DNA of 63,651 nucleotides, counting the filler, from Octopus bimaculoides (lineage: Eukaryota), in assembly GCF_001194135.2 (NCBI RefSeq). It is 5 parts of 5 records of this genome, joined end to end, with 100 filler letters (N's around TTAATTAATTAA, not from the genome) between each part and the next. Parts side by side here need not be neighbours in the genome. Positions count along the whole stretch, not along the records: positions 26,757 to 48,120 come from NC_068984.1; 4 more parts are not named here. One strand, 5' to 3'. Each line of letters starts with the position of its first letter. The stretch's first letter is position 1. Positions 27,584 to 40,558 of this stretch are shown piece after piece. The notes under the pieces were generated by a model, which worked only from the letters and a program-made list of their open reading frames with translations, was not told the origin of the DNA and searched no databases. The position numbers and the translations under genes were made by a program.

Positions 27584-28252
27584 ATGAGTGATGAAAAAGT
27601 TGTAATTAGAGTTATTTACGCTACCTTTGGAAAAAAGGATTGAGAGCAAAGGTAACGGGAAAAAAATAATGATGTGGAAGGCCCACGAGCTGTCAACGAA
27701 CGTGTGGCACAAAACAGGTTGATGATGTTTCAAGGAAAGTGACACCATCCTCAAAGACAAACCAGCTTGATCCTTCATAAAGCATCATCGATTGATACCG
27801 CCATATGCTCGAATTCGTGATCAGACGTTGTCGAGAAGCTTCTTATGAACTGACCAATAACCAGGCTCAGCGACGTCTGAAAATGTTCAAATAACTGCTG
27901 GCAAATCCTCGAGATGCCCATTTTTGGTGTCGAATTGTAACTGAAGATGGAAAATGGAACTATTTTCGTAATCTTAATTAGAGAAACAGTGGCTTCGTTC
28001 CAGCCAGGCTTCAGAACCTGTTGTGTGTTTGGTGGAATTTCGAAGGAATGTTTCGCTTTGAGCCTGTCAGCTCGCTACTCGGCATTAGTCAATCGAAGAC
28101 ATGCACTCCTACAGCATGCCAATGCCGCTGTACACACTGCTAGTGTGACTAAGCGTAGACCTGAAGTACTTGAGGAGCTGGAAATGCTACCTCGTATAAC
28201 CTACAGTGCAGACCTTTTCCCAGGAATGGCTCATTTCCTGCACGGGCTGTGG
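27584..28252 (+). pseudogene. mariner (Tc1/mariner, DD34D-type) transposase relic, running into an N gap
   Basis: MSDEKVVIRV/LRYLWKKGLRAK...EGPRAVNERVAQN..FKESDTILKDKP (HTH), YELTNNQAQRR...RIVTEDGKW (cf. VTGDEKW), LLQHANAAVHTA (cf. HDNA), YSADLFP (cf. YSPDLAP). Stops and deletions present. Confidence 0.9.
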
Positions 28253-28638
28253 NNNNNNNNNNNNNNNNNNNNNNNNNNNNNNNNNNNNNNNNNNNNNNNN
28301 NNNNNNNNNNNNNNNNNNNNNNNNNNNNNNNNNNNNNNNNNNNNNNNNNNNNNNNNNNNNNNNNNNNNNNNNNNNNNNNNNNNNNNNNNNNNNNNNNNNN
28401 NNNNNNNNNNNNNNNNNNNNNNNNNNNNNNNNNNNNNNNNNNNNNNNNNNNNNNNNNNNNNNNNNNNNNNNNNNNNNNNNNNNNNNNNNNNNNNNNNNNN
28501 NNNNNNNNNNNNNNNNNNNNNNNNNNNNNNNNNNNNNNNNNNNNNNNNNNNNNNNNNNNNNNNNNNNNNNNNNNNNNNNNNNNNNNNNNNNNNNNNNNNN
28601 NNNNNNNNNNNNNNNNNNNNNNNNNNNNNNNNNNNNNN

Positions 28639-28810
28639 GCTGGTGTGTTTATGTCCCCGTAACTTAACGGTTCGGCAAAAGAGACCGATAGAATAAGTAC
28701 TAGGCTTCTAAAGAATAAGTCCTGGGGTCGATTTGCTCGACTAAAGGCGGTACTCCAGCATGGCCACAGTCAAAAGACTGAAACAAGTAAAAGAGTAAAA
28801 GAGTAAAAGA
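28639..28810 (+). mobile_element. SINE-B 3' half after a gap, with (GTAAAAGA)n tail
   Basis: Near-identical to 8262-8436. Confidence 0.9.
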
Positions 28811-28894
28811 GACATCAGCATAAAATAAAAGATATGTGTTTTCAACTAATTATCAAATCTTACGATTGTATAATGAGTTGAAAAGATTTCTAAA

Positions 28895-29095
28895 TATTCG
28901 TTTCAAATTTTAGCACAAGGTCAGCCATTTCGGCTGATGGGGAAGTCGATTACATCGCCCCAGTGCTCAATTAGTAGTAATTTTATCGACTCCGAAATTT
29001 CATTGACTCCAAAAGGATAAAAGGCAAAGGCGATCTCGACGAAATTTCAACTCAGAACATAAAGACAAACCAAATGCCGCTAAGCAGTTTGCCTG
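28895..29095 (-). mobile_element. Older SINE-A copy
   Basis: Plus strand aaaggataaaaggcaaaggcgatctcgacgaaatttcaactcagaacataaagac...ccgctaagca is the reverse complement of the family A body. Confidence 0.8.
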
Positions 29096-29392
29096 AGATG
29101 GTCGCTAATGAAATACCTATAGATTATTTCATGGGGACTGAAATTGGTTAATAAGCATATCATCAAAAAAAAAAAAGACAATATTTTGTTACTTTCATTA
29201 AATTATTAAGAAAATTTTGAAGATAACTCTATGAGTATTGTCAGCATCCAGTGCCGAGGATAATTGTAAAGTACTTCGTCAGAAGCAATTTCTCTCAACA
29301 TTTCGAAACATACAGTTCAATGCTTAGTTTGTTGAAATATAATACCTGCAATAAGATTTAAGTCATTCTTGTGGTGGGGAAACATGGCTTCA

Positions 29393-29447
<55 letters not shown>

Positions 29448-29861
29448 TTATCTATCTATCCATTTACCTCTCTGTTGATCTGTCTATCTGTCTGTCTGTC
29501 TGTTTGTGTGTATGTATGTATGTATGCTTGTATACTTGCATTACATAATATTTGTCACAAGAACTTTCAGCTTCGAATTAATGGATATATTACTCATGAA
29601 ATTGCCGCTGATTGGTGGAACGCAGTTGAACTTTTATACTGGAATAGTACACAGAGACAAGAGAGCAAACACACACACACATTACAAGAAAGAAGCTGAA
29701 GAGCTGAAGGCAACTTCGAAGATTCGGCTCGGTTAGTCATATATATATACATATATACATATATATATGAATATGTACTTGTTCCACGTATGTCCATATG
29801 TATATGTGTATACATACGTTTGCGTGTCTGTATACATGTCTCTGTGCGTGTGTGTGTGTGT

Positions 29862-29903
<42 letters not shown>

Positions 29904-30429
29904 TTGCGTGCGTGCATGTGAATGTGTGTTTGTTTGTGTGTGTGTGTGTGTGCTTGTGTGTGTGTGTGTGTGAGAAAGACAGAGAGAGCCTGCGTCCGTG
30001 CGTGTGTGCATGGAAGTGTGTGTGTGTGTGTTTGTGTCTATGTTTGTGTGTGCGTGCGTGCGCGCGTGCGTTCGCAGGTTTCTACAAAACAGTGTTATTG
30101 ACAATGAATAGAAGAGTATGAATTGATACTATTTCGATTATCATTAGTATCAATACCTACAGGTACTAAAATCTGTATGCCAGCGCATTTTTGAAAACAC
30201 GCAACAGTATGTGCATGTATATCGTTGATGAAAAAACAACGAAATAAACAGAGTATGTTAGAAACAAACAAAATAACAAAACAACGAACAAGACACAAAC
30301 AGGCCTTTTTAAGTTTATCTCTACATATATGTTGTCTCATTTGCATAGATGTTGTCTCATTTGCATAGAGCTGTGTCATTGTTGATTGCTTATCATATAC
30401 ATTATAAATACATACGTGTGTGTGTATGT

Positions 30430-30473
<44 letters not shown>

Positions 30474-30785
30474 ACGCGTGTCCGTGTGTGTGTCAGGATA
30501 CACACATACGCATCCATACCACATACACACACACACATACACACACGCATGCACACACACAACACACACGCACAAACACGAACATACATGTTGAGGAAAA
30601 GATATTGGTTTGAAGGAAAGATGAAAGCTATAAAGAAACATTAGTGATTGGAGGACTCAATACTGAGGTTAGAGTCAAATTTATTGTAAAATTCCTGTTG
30701 ACTAGCATTTTAAGTGTAGCGTGACAGCTCTTCAACCACTAAATATTGAATATTGAAGTGGTTTAACAACCCGTAATTCACCGTA

Positions 30786-30902
30786 TGTATGTATGTCATT
30801 ATTCAGTTTATTTCAAGATATCTTGCCAATAGAGAAAGAACCGGTTTCTAACCTAGATCCAAAGTTCCTTCATTGGAATTTCAACATCAACAACAACGTA
30901 TG

Positions 30903-30933
<31 letters not shown>

Positions 30934-31080
30934 TTATGTATGTGTGTGTAGATTTGTATGTTTTATGTACGTATCTTCATGCATATTGTTGCATATCTAG
31001 ACATGCTCATAAATATTTAAATGATAAACATCTGGAAAGTCTTACAGATCCTTACCATTCCTGTGTTGGATTGGAACTGT
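30786..31080 (+). repeat. Dispersed repeat family F, copy 1
   Basis: gtcattattcagtttatttcaagatatcttgccaatagagaaagaaccggtttctaacctagatccaa...(TATG)n...aaatgataaacatctggaaagtcttac aligns with 61052-61330. Confidence 0.8.
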
Positions 31081-31083
31081 AAC

Positions 31084-31138
<55 letters not shown>

Positions 31139-31187
31139 CGTATGTATGCGTCTATGCATGCGTGTATGTGTGTGTATGCTATCCAAA

Positions 31188-31310
31188 GACGCATGGCTTA
31201 GTGGTTAGTTCATGTTCAATGAGTAATCCTGCGACAGACAGGCATCCTGTCCAAGGAGGAATATATATTCCAAAAAACTGGGAAATCGACCCTGTGCTCC
31301 TTAACAACTA
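31188..31310 (+). mobile_element. SINE-C derivative with a large internal deletion
   Basis: agacgcatggcttagtggttag fused to aatgagtaatcctgcgacagacaggcatcctgtccaagg...aaactgggaaatcgacc (cf. 8620-8710). Confidence 0.55.
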
Positions 31311-31418
31311 ATGTGGACTAACCACATGTGTGCGCGCGCGTGCATGTATATATGTGTGTGCATGTACCCCCCCCACACATACACACGCAAGCACGCACAC
31401 ACACACTCACACACACAT

Positions 31419-31472
<54 letters not shown>

Positions 31473-31802
31473 TAAATTCAACTAGCTTTTTGCTCTAACT
31501 GACGATGGCAACGGTTTATGATGTTTTCCGTGATTGACACATAGTACGTGAATCCCCCGATTTAGCAGAGTATTTAGGGACAGAATGTCTCACATTATTT
31601 GTTTCGACACGATACTCCGAGTTTAAACCCCGCCCGGGTCAAATATCCATTTTCACCCTTTCACGAACGCCAAAGAATTTACCAAAAGAAGACGGTGGAT
31701 TGACGTAACAGTCAGGTTAACGGACTAGATGAGGTATTTGTTTTAGATCAATGTATCTTGTGTTCAAATTACGCCATGACTTAATTGGTAGCCTTAATTT
31801 GT

Positions 31803-31968
31803 CACCCGAGCATTTAAACCGGTCATATCAGGCCAGATACGGTCTCTTACACCAACCTTACAATGTCATACTAAAAGTAAACAAGATAATGCAAGATAAA
31901 TTCAAAGCAATGTGAATAAATAAGTATTGCTTACATTCGACAAATTAATCTGAATGCTAAATGGTTAA
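31803..31968. mobile_element. Putative piggyBac-type MITE relic
   Basis: Right end ctgaatgctaaatggTTAA and degraded left end cccgagcattta form imperfect inverted termini with a TTAA on one side. Confidence 0.45.
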
Positions 31969-32142
31969 ACACCACAAGAGAGTCTATTCTGTGTCAGGCA
32001 GTCGGGCAAGTTCTCCGATTTCATGTTAACCTCCTCTCTTCATCCACCAGTAATAGAATCCCTGTCAAAGGGACATGAGAAAATCCTTCCCTCCCGACAA
32101 AAAAATATTTAAAAATTAATTAGAAATGAAATATGCACTGGA

Positions 32143-32235
32143 TTTTGCCTCTATGTTGGTACACACACTTAAGCTTTCGCCTCTATGTTGGTACACACTT
32201 AAGATTTCGCCTCTATGTTGGTACACACACTTAAG
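32143..32235. repeat. ~30-bp tandem repeat x3 (tttcgcctctatgttggtacacac[ac]ttaag)
   Basis: Three copies differing in the length of an internal (AC)n. Confidence 0.9.
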
Positions 32236-32771
32236 AAAGGAATATTCTTATATGCACTGTACGATACTGTGGATGCCAAAAAATTGATATTTAAAAGCGA
32301 GCTATAACTTAGATAATTTAAACTATAGCGAAAAATTTTATTATCAAGGCAACTACAGCTACCTTAACTTACAAAAATTATTTTGGCTTTCTACTGTTAA
32401 TAGGTTGTCTCATGGCATGAGTCCACCATCAAAATAGTGAAGTTCAGAGCAATTTTAGATTACGTCATGCTTTCCATTATGGACTTGCATCAATGTCTGA
32501 TAGATCAAACAACTTTCAAACATAAAAGAATGGCAGGATAACCCAACAGAATAAATATATTGTACTCTGGAGTATGTACTGAGTCCTTTTTACTTGTTCA
32601 TTATAAATTACTTGCCTATGTGTGTGTGTGTGTGTGTGTGTCTGTCTGTGTATGTGTACATTTATGGTGATATACGTATATACATTTATGTATATATATG
32701 TGCATATATACGCAAATGCACATACATATGCATGCATACATAAACACTTACATTAGCATATATGTGGATAT

Positions 32772-32828
<57 letters not shown>

Positions 32829-33474
32829 NNNNNNNNNNNNNNNNNNNNNNNNNNNNNNNNNNNNNNNNNNNNNNNNNNNNNNNNNNNNNNNNNNNNNNNN
32901 NNNNNNNNNNNNNNNNNNNNNNNNNNNNNNNNNNNNNNNNNNNNNNNNNNNNNNNNNNNNNNNNNNNNNNNNNNNNNNNNNNNNNNNNNNNNNNNNNNNN
33001 NNNNNNNNNNNNNNNNNNNNNNNNNNNNNNNNNNNNNNNNNNNNNNNNNNNNNNNNNNNNNNNNNNNNNNNNNNNNNNNNNNNNNNNNNNNNNNNNNNNN
33101 NNNNNNNNNNNNNNNNNNNNNNNNNNNNNNNNNNNNNNNNNNNNNNNNNNNNNNNNNNNNNNNNNNNNNNNNNNNNNNNNNNNNNNNNNNNNNNNNNNNN
33201 NNNNNNNNNNNNNNNNNNNNNNNNNNNNNNNNNNNNNNNNNNNNNNNNNNNNNNNNNNNNNNNNNNNNNNNNNNNNNNNNNNNNNNNNNNNNNNNNNNNN
33301 NNNAATCAATCATAAAACGGAGCAGAAGAATGCAGCGATGATTGAACGCTGCCACCAAAAGATAACACCGTGACAAACACTCTCCCCCACCTCTCTCTCT
33401 CTCTCCCTCTCTCTTACATACACACATACACTCAGACAAACATATGTACTCATAGATTATAATGCCCATGTACA

Positions 33475-33511
<37 letters not shown>

Positions 33512-34102
33512 CGTTATTAAACCGTTTGGCGGGAAAGCTATTAGCGGAGGGTGATACGTCATTCGGTTAAATTTTCACACGATTCCAGTTTATCAATTCC
33601 ACGGACACGAGAGTGCTGTAATGAAAAAGATGGAAGCAATGGTCTATCCTTAAATTAAACGTTTCACGAGGATTTTAAACCCATCAGAATTCTGCTCCAT
33701 TCCTCATCATTGGTTTTCTTTCGTTGGTGTTGTTTTGTTGGTGGTGTTTCTGTTATGTTTCTGTTGTTCTTCTTCTTCTGTTGTCATTTTTGTGGTTGAG
33801 TCGTAACGACTTCCCCCACACATTCGTTCATTAAATTTATGTTTTATTCTTTTGATATGTAATATATGCATATATATTACGTTTGTGTGTGTGCATTTTT
33901 CTCTCTGTGTGTGTGTGTGTGTGTGTTTATGTGCGATTATGTTACTTTTTTAGATTTTCTTTAAAATCGTTTCTATAGTTCTGTGTTTATGTTGGCTGAT
34001 ATCTCATCGTATAAAAATATGGAAAAGACAACAACACTATTCATTGATAATATTATCATATAAAAATATGTGACTGCATATATCATTATATGTATTTGCA
34101 TG

Positions 34103-34155
<53 letters not shown>

Positions 34156-35989
34156 NNNNNNNNNNNNNNNNNNNNNNNNNNNNNNNNNNNNNNNNNNNNN
34201 NNNNNNNNNNNNNNNNNNNNNNNNNNNNNNNNNNNNNNNNNNNNNNNNNNNNNNNNNNNNNNNNNNNNNNNNNNNNNNNNNNNNNNNNNNNNNNNNNNNN
34301 NNNNNNNNNNNNNNNNNNNNNNNNNNNNNNNNNNNNNNNNNNNNNNNNNNNNNNNNNNNNNNNNNNNNNNNNNNNNNNNNNNNNNNNNNNNNNNNNNNNN
34401 NNNNNNNNNNNNNNNNNNNNNNNNNNNNNNNNNNNNNNNNNNNNNNNNNNNNNNNNNNNNNNNNNNNNNNNNNNNNNNNNNNNNNNNNNNNNNNNNNNNN
34501 NNNNNNNNNNNNNNNNNNNNNNNNNNNNNNNNNNNNNNNNNNNNNNNNNNNNNNNNNNNNNNNNNNNNNNNNNNNNNNNNNNNNNNNNNNNNNNNNNNNN
34601 NNNNNNNNNNNNNNNNNNNNNNNNNNNNNNNNNNNNNNNNNNNNNNNNNNNNNNNNNNNNNNNNNNNNNNNNNNNNNNNNNNNNNNNNNNNNNNNNNNNN
34701 NNNNNNNNNNNNNNNNNNNNNNNNNNNNNCATCATCATCATCATCATCATCACTGTATATATCGTTCAGAATTTTGACTATGCTAATTCAAATCCCGTCG
34801 TTTGTCGACTTTATCTTTCAATATTCCATGCTTCATAATATACGTGACAGCTATGTGTATAGATTGAATTAATATTATAAACTCCCTCTCATACACGTGT
34901 TTCTTAAATCAATCAATATCTCAATATCTGAAAGAATGTACTGTTATCACACAAACGCTGCAACTTCCTTTCCTCTTCGTCCTGCTCCACATCTGTTTTT
35001 ATTAAACATAATCTTCATCTGCAACGCCAGCACCAATGCTACAACGAGATGAGAGAACAACTAAGAAATTTTTTGACTTGCAAGAAATAAATAGCGAAAT
35101 ATTCCTCTGATCACATCCTACCGACATGAAAAAGGAAGGATAGTGATTATTTTACCCATTCCGTCAGTTAATAGCTGAGAAAACACAGCCTGCTCAAGTT
35201 ACTGTTGTCCGTGGCGTCCGCTATATTCCTCCACAGGGCAGAGTCCTGTAGAAGCAGATCTACAGATATACCAACACACACGAGATTGAAACATAGCCGA
35301 CCTTACAAACTTCTCATGAGGAATTCCAGAAGGAGCTTCGTGAGACCACTACTACGTCACTTCTGGAAAAAAAAAGAAAAGAAAAGCCATTAGTAAACAG
35401 TTTATAGCATAGACTCCATCTAAGAAGATCTGAAGAAGGAATTGTATTCCGAAATATCATCGGACTTTAGATAACTAAATTACAACAAATATAAAGTCCA
35501 TTTTTTATATTATAGTGCATCGTTGTACTATTCAAAACTTTTTATTCTTTAAGAAGCAATAGGTCTGGGGGTCTTTCAACTCGTATCGATGTGACATTGA
35601 ATTGGTCTTGACTGAGCAGCGGCAACAACAATAACCATCAAAAATCGATAAGAACAATCAGTACCAGGAATCAACAAAAGAGCCTCTAAGTGATAGCTCG
35701 ACCTAATCAAAATAATGCTAGAATTTCTCTCTCTCTCTCTCCCCCTCTCTCTCTCTCTCTCTCTCTCTCAAATTACACCCGAGCGTCATAAAAAAAAACG
35801 GACACTTTGGAAATTGATTGCCAGCACATAGGCAAAAGGCAGGATGATCGTGGTTGCCATGCGTTTGACCCCAGGCTTGTTCGAACAGGGTTGAACTGGG
35901 CTTAAAGTATAACAATAACAACCAATAACCATGACGATGATGATAATCATCAGAACCAACTACAATGCTCGTAAGTGGCGTCTTGTCTT

Positions 35990-36229
35990 GCTCGAAATAG
36001 CAGCCAAATCTTCTTCAACCACATAGTGTTATTTTAAGAATAAAACAGATCACATTTGTTAATGTAGTCCAAGATATACATGTCGGGTGGATTATACTTA
36101 TAGTTCAAATGTATAGTCTTCCAGCCAAATCTTCTTTAACCACATAGTGTTGTTTTAAGAATAAAACAGATCGTAGTCCAAGATATACATGTCGGGTGGA
36201 TTTTACTTATAGTTCAAATGTATAGTCTT
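35990..36229 (-). repeat. Family E copy carrying a ~110-120-bp direct tandem duplication
   Basis: 36001-36120 and 36122-36229 are near-identical (cagccaaatcttct...atgtatagtctt); the second lacks ~11 bp. Confidence 0.85.
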
Positions 36230-36462
36230 GTCATATACTGTCTCACACAAATTCTGCTTGAGAATTAAGTTACGGGTATACGTCTCTATAAACTGCTTAT
36301 CCACCTTACACGTTCATTCAGGATCAGTTAATTTAGTTGGTTGAATAATTGAATACTCATTATCGAATGACAGAGATCTAAACTCACCAATTGCTGCATA
36401 GGACCGGGTTCGCTCTGAACAAACAGAGACATCTTTGCCTTTTTTCTAATCCTAGAGCACAT

Positions 36463-36566
36463 AGGCCAATATCATTTAATATGCACCTAGGCCAATATCA
36501 TTTAATATGCACCAAGGCCAATATCATTTGATATGCATCTAGGCCAATGTCATTTAATATGCACCT
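36463..36566. repeat. 26-bp minisatellite x4 (aggccaatatcatttaatatgcacct)
   Basis: Four copies with 0-2 substitutions each. Confidence 0.95.
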
Positions 36567-37152
36567 TTTTAAACCGTCAGTGTGTGAATTGAGGGAGATT
36601 TAGTTGCTATCACTAACAGATCAAACGACTATGTAGGTGCTCTCTCGTTGCTTTGTGGCAGCGGTGGACAGAAATGATGGTGGCGAAGATGGTGATGGTT
36701 ATTTTATGAAAGATGGGTAAGGACGAGTCATGAATTTGATAATTAGTACATTTATTGTAATTTTAAGCGCGCTGGTGTACTTCTGCCAAGTATTGGAAGA
36801 ACCTACTCCGATTCTGATGATGAGAAATAATTTGTTCAGTCAAGTGAACTACGTTCGTTGAACGTTAGTTCAACGAACGTATGGAGTGAGTGAGTATTCC
36901 TCAAACACTTGCACTGTTAATGTAATTCCCTTGCAGAATCAATGTGACATTTGTATGTTGATGAAACGGTCATTTTGAATTCCAATAATGAACAATCCGA
37001 TCAAGTTTCACACAGTTTAGTTTCCATCTCCCTAATTTTACTAATTTGGGTCGAACTGAAGTTATGATAAAAGATATTTGCCTAAGACACCAGGAAGTAG
37101 GATTGAACACGGGACCGCGTGATTGCCAGGCACACTTCTTAACATCTGTAAG

Positions 37153-37343
37153 TACCGTATTTTCCGGTATATAAGCCGAAACAAGTAGTTTAAACATTCA
37201 AAAATTGTCGCTCTTTTCAAATCCTGTTGCATTTCACGTGGAATATTCGGTCCTCCAAAGTCGTCTTGGTGCATAAGTCGATATGCCTTTTTTGCAGTAA
37301 ATTTTGGTCCGAAAAATTCTACTGGTATGCCGGAAAATACATA
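37153..37343. mobile_element. Putative pogo/Tc2-like MITE
   Basis: Left end taccgtattttccggtatataag and right end gccggaaaatacata share an exact 11-bp inverted core (gtattttccgg). A similar left end, taccgtattttaacg, occurs at ~62322. Confidence 0.55.
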
Positions 37344-38263
37344 CGATATATTGACTTGTAGAAGATGATGCAAGTCTGTCATGGTACTCAATTCGATGGA
37401 AGGCTAGTGGTTGTTGATGTTCGCGACTCACACAAGTTCAGCTTTGATTGTGCAAACTGATAACCTCAGAAAACATTCCAGCCACGAACCTATTCCGTTT
37501 TTTAAGACGTATTTGGAACTACGAGCTCTAATGTGCCTTACATATACATATGTGAGGATGTGACATGAGGCTTCTATCTCTTGCGAGCATGAAAGAGGTG
37601 GCGGTGATAGTGCTGCTGCTAGTGGATATTACGACGATCATAGTACTGATGATGAAACTAATGAAGCGATTAGTTGCACTGAGTGGTGGTGATTGGAGTG
37701 TTAGTGTAAAGATGGTATGGGAATCGAGAAGTTGGTAATGGAATGTTGCTCGTCATAGTCGTCATCATCGTGGAGATGGTGACGGTGCTTGCTATGATGG
37801 TGAAAGAGGGGCATGACGATAATATCGGGGACTGCTGAAGATGATAATGCTTAATGGGGAAAAGTTGTGAGTGGCCGTACTTTTTTTTTTTTGTTTTTGT
37901 TCTTGTATTTTGTCTTTCATGGTGATGATTGTGGTGGCGGTGGAAATGCTAGGCAGCTGATTGCACGTAGTGTGAAAACATCCTGCTTCAGTGCGTAAAC
38001 TTACAAACAACAATTTATATTCTTTGTACAATCTACATCAAGAAGGAATGTGTACAGCTTTGAAGTTTCGTTTAGAGATCGATAGTGTCAGGAAATCAAT
38101 TATATGACAGGGACAAAGAAACAACCACATACCCATGTACCCATATGTGTGTGCGTGTGTGCGTGCGTGTGTGCCTATGAATATATATGTAAGTTTGTAT
38201 ATGCGTGTGTATATATATGTATATATATGTATATATATATATATATGTATATATGCATATATA

Positions 38264-38316
<53 letters not shown>

Positions 38317-38614
38317 CTAATAACACAGTCTAAGAATTCACGCATACATTCATACATACTTATAAGCATACATATGAACATACATACTTATATAGGGATA
38401 TTAATTTATAGTTGTCAAAAGACATCCGAGAAGCCTATGACTCAAAAAATGATTTTGTAGAAAGAAAAGTAGAATCTAAGTACTACATATACCTTGAAAA
38501 TGTACAAGTATTTCACTACTTCAGTAGTCAGTGGACCTTGGATACGAAAATGGAATATTGAAATACATATACCTGCTTGATGTATGTATGTATGTATGTG
38601 TGTATGTATGTGTG

Positions 38615-38645
<31 letters not shown>

Positions 38646-39028
38646 ACGTGTGTGTGTCTCTGTGTCTATGTGTTTATGTATGTATACATATACACATACA
38701 CACGCCACATATATATTACATGTATCTGTTCAAGCATGTGAATGTGTGTGACTGGTGACTTGCGTGTTGGGTTCACGATCACAGAGAAATGGGTTCAGTT
38801 CTTGGACCCGACGCTGTGTTTATTTAACCAATAATGAGTACCAGCCCCATGTTGGTACAGCCCTCTTTATCTCCGCTATCACATACTCTGTATTCTGTAG
38901 AGAGGGTAGAGAGTGTATCGATGACTAGTTACGATAACTTAAGCACCGGACACAATCAGCGGAAATATGGTACATGATGTCATGTCATATTCGCAGGCGA
39001 ATAATGGCTATAGTTGATTTGGATTTCC

Positions 39029-39350
39029 AAGAGAGATATGACATCGCTTGATCTGGACGTCCTGAGATGGGAGGAGGCTGCAAATGATCGCCCACACTGG
39101 AGACAAATACTGCGAAAGGTGATGAAGCGAGCGGAAGAAAAACAGAAAAGCGCACTCGACGGAAGGAAAAACCAGTAACGCCGGTAGAGAGCTCCTTAAA
39201 ATGCAGTCGCTGTATGCGTGACTGCTAATAACGTGTGGACCTATACAGCCACAACAGACGCTGCACCACCATCAGCAGCTGACACGATTTCTTCTGGCGC
39301 AGATCCATGGCCTCTCGAAACTGACGTATGCTTGCTACTACTATTACTCT
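39029..39350 (+). pseudogene. RTE-clade LINE 3' end
   Basis: KRDMTSLDLDVLRWEEAANDRPHWRQ...KCSRCMRDC**RVDLYSHNRRC (terminal zinc-finger-like motif of RTE-1/BovB-like elements), a short 3' UTR ccatggcctctcgaaactgacg, and a (TAC)n tail. Confidence 0.85.
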
Positions 39351-40266
39351 TTTGTAATATCATCAATTTACTTGGGACCATACACATCAGTTAGATCATT
39401 TTCAGTAACTTAAATATTTCTGCATAGTTATCGCATATATATTGTTGTAGGTCACAGAATAACAGCTGAGGTTCTTAGAATTACTAACGGTTATACAATT
39501 CAGTCTTTATCCGGAACTAAACTGATTTCATTTTTGGTATCCATTTCTGTCATTGATAAATACACAACATCGCTATTTCAATGTTGAGATCACGTATGCT
39601 GTTGCAGATTTGTTCTTGTTTCTGATCAATGAATAAAGCCATAAAGCCTTTACTTATACCTAAAACTTGAATTGTTTACAAAAGCCATTTTTCTCTGCAC
39701 TGAACTCTTTCGTTTACTGATAAGCTTTAAGCTAGAAGAAAGCTATATCTGTGAGCCAGAAACCAGCNNNNNNNNNNNNNNNNNNNNNNNNNNNNNNNNN
39801 NNNNNNNNNNNNNNNNNNNNNNNNNNNNNNNNNNNNNNNNNNNNNNNNNNNNNNNNNNNNNNNNNNNNNNNNNNNNNNNNNNNNNNNNNNNNNNNNNNNN
39901 NNNNNNNNNNNNNNNNNNNNNNNNNNNNNNNNNNNNNNNNNNNNNNNNNNNNNNNNNNNNNNNNNNNNNNNNNNNNNNNNNNNNNNNNNNNNNNNNNNNN
40001 NNNNNNNNNNNNNNNNNNNNNNNNNNNNNNNNNNNNNNNNNNNNNNNNNNNNNNNNNNNNNNNNNNNNNNNNNNNNNNNNNNNNNNNNNNNNNNNNNNNN
40101 NNNNNNNNNNNNNNNNNNNNNNNNNNNNNNNNNNNNNNNNNNNNNNNNNNNNNNNNNNNNNNNNNNNNNNNNNNNNNNNNNNNNNNNNNNNNNNNNNNNN
40201 NNNNNNNNNNNNNNNNNNNNNNNNNNNNNNNNNNNNNNNNNNNNNNNNNNNNNNNNNNNNNNNNNN

Positions 40267-40317
<51 letters not shown>

Positions 40318-40506
40318 GTCTTGTTTGTGCCATGATGTCACATGTTATAGAGGTAGAATGCCCGAGTAGATAAGACATTATCTTCCTAACTAGTGGTTAC
40401 CAAATTTCCGTGGATAATGATTCAATCTATTTCCAGACATTATTACGTGTAGATAATATTAATTCAGACAATTGTTTCTTTTTCATGGAATCCTTTATAA
40501 TATTAA

Positions 40507-40556
40507 GGTGGCGAGCTGGCAAAAACGTTAGCACGCCGGGCAAAGTGTTTAGCGGT
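40507..40556 (+). mobile_element. SINE-A 5' head, left half of a split copy
   Basis: ggtggcgagctggcaaaaacgttagcacgccgggcaaagtgtttagcggt stops abruptly; the continuation is at 43077. Confidence 0.9.
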
Positions 40557-40558
40557 CT

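Noticed and set aside
32143-32235. CRISPR-like array (also 36463-36566)
   Set aside because: These are direct tandem units with no unique spacers, in a eukaryotic context with no cas genes.
40507-40556. tRNA gene calls for SINE heads (also 21800-21860 and 56517-56590)
   Set aside because: A/B-box-like motifs are present but there is no complete cloverleaf, and each continues into a repeat body.
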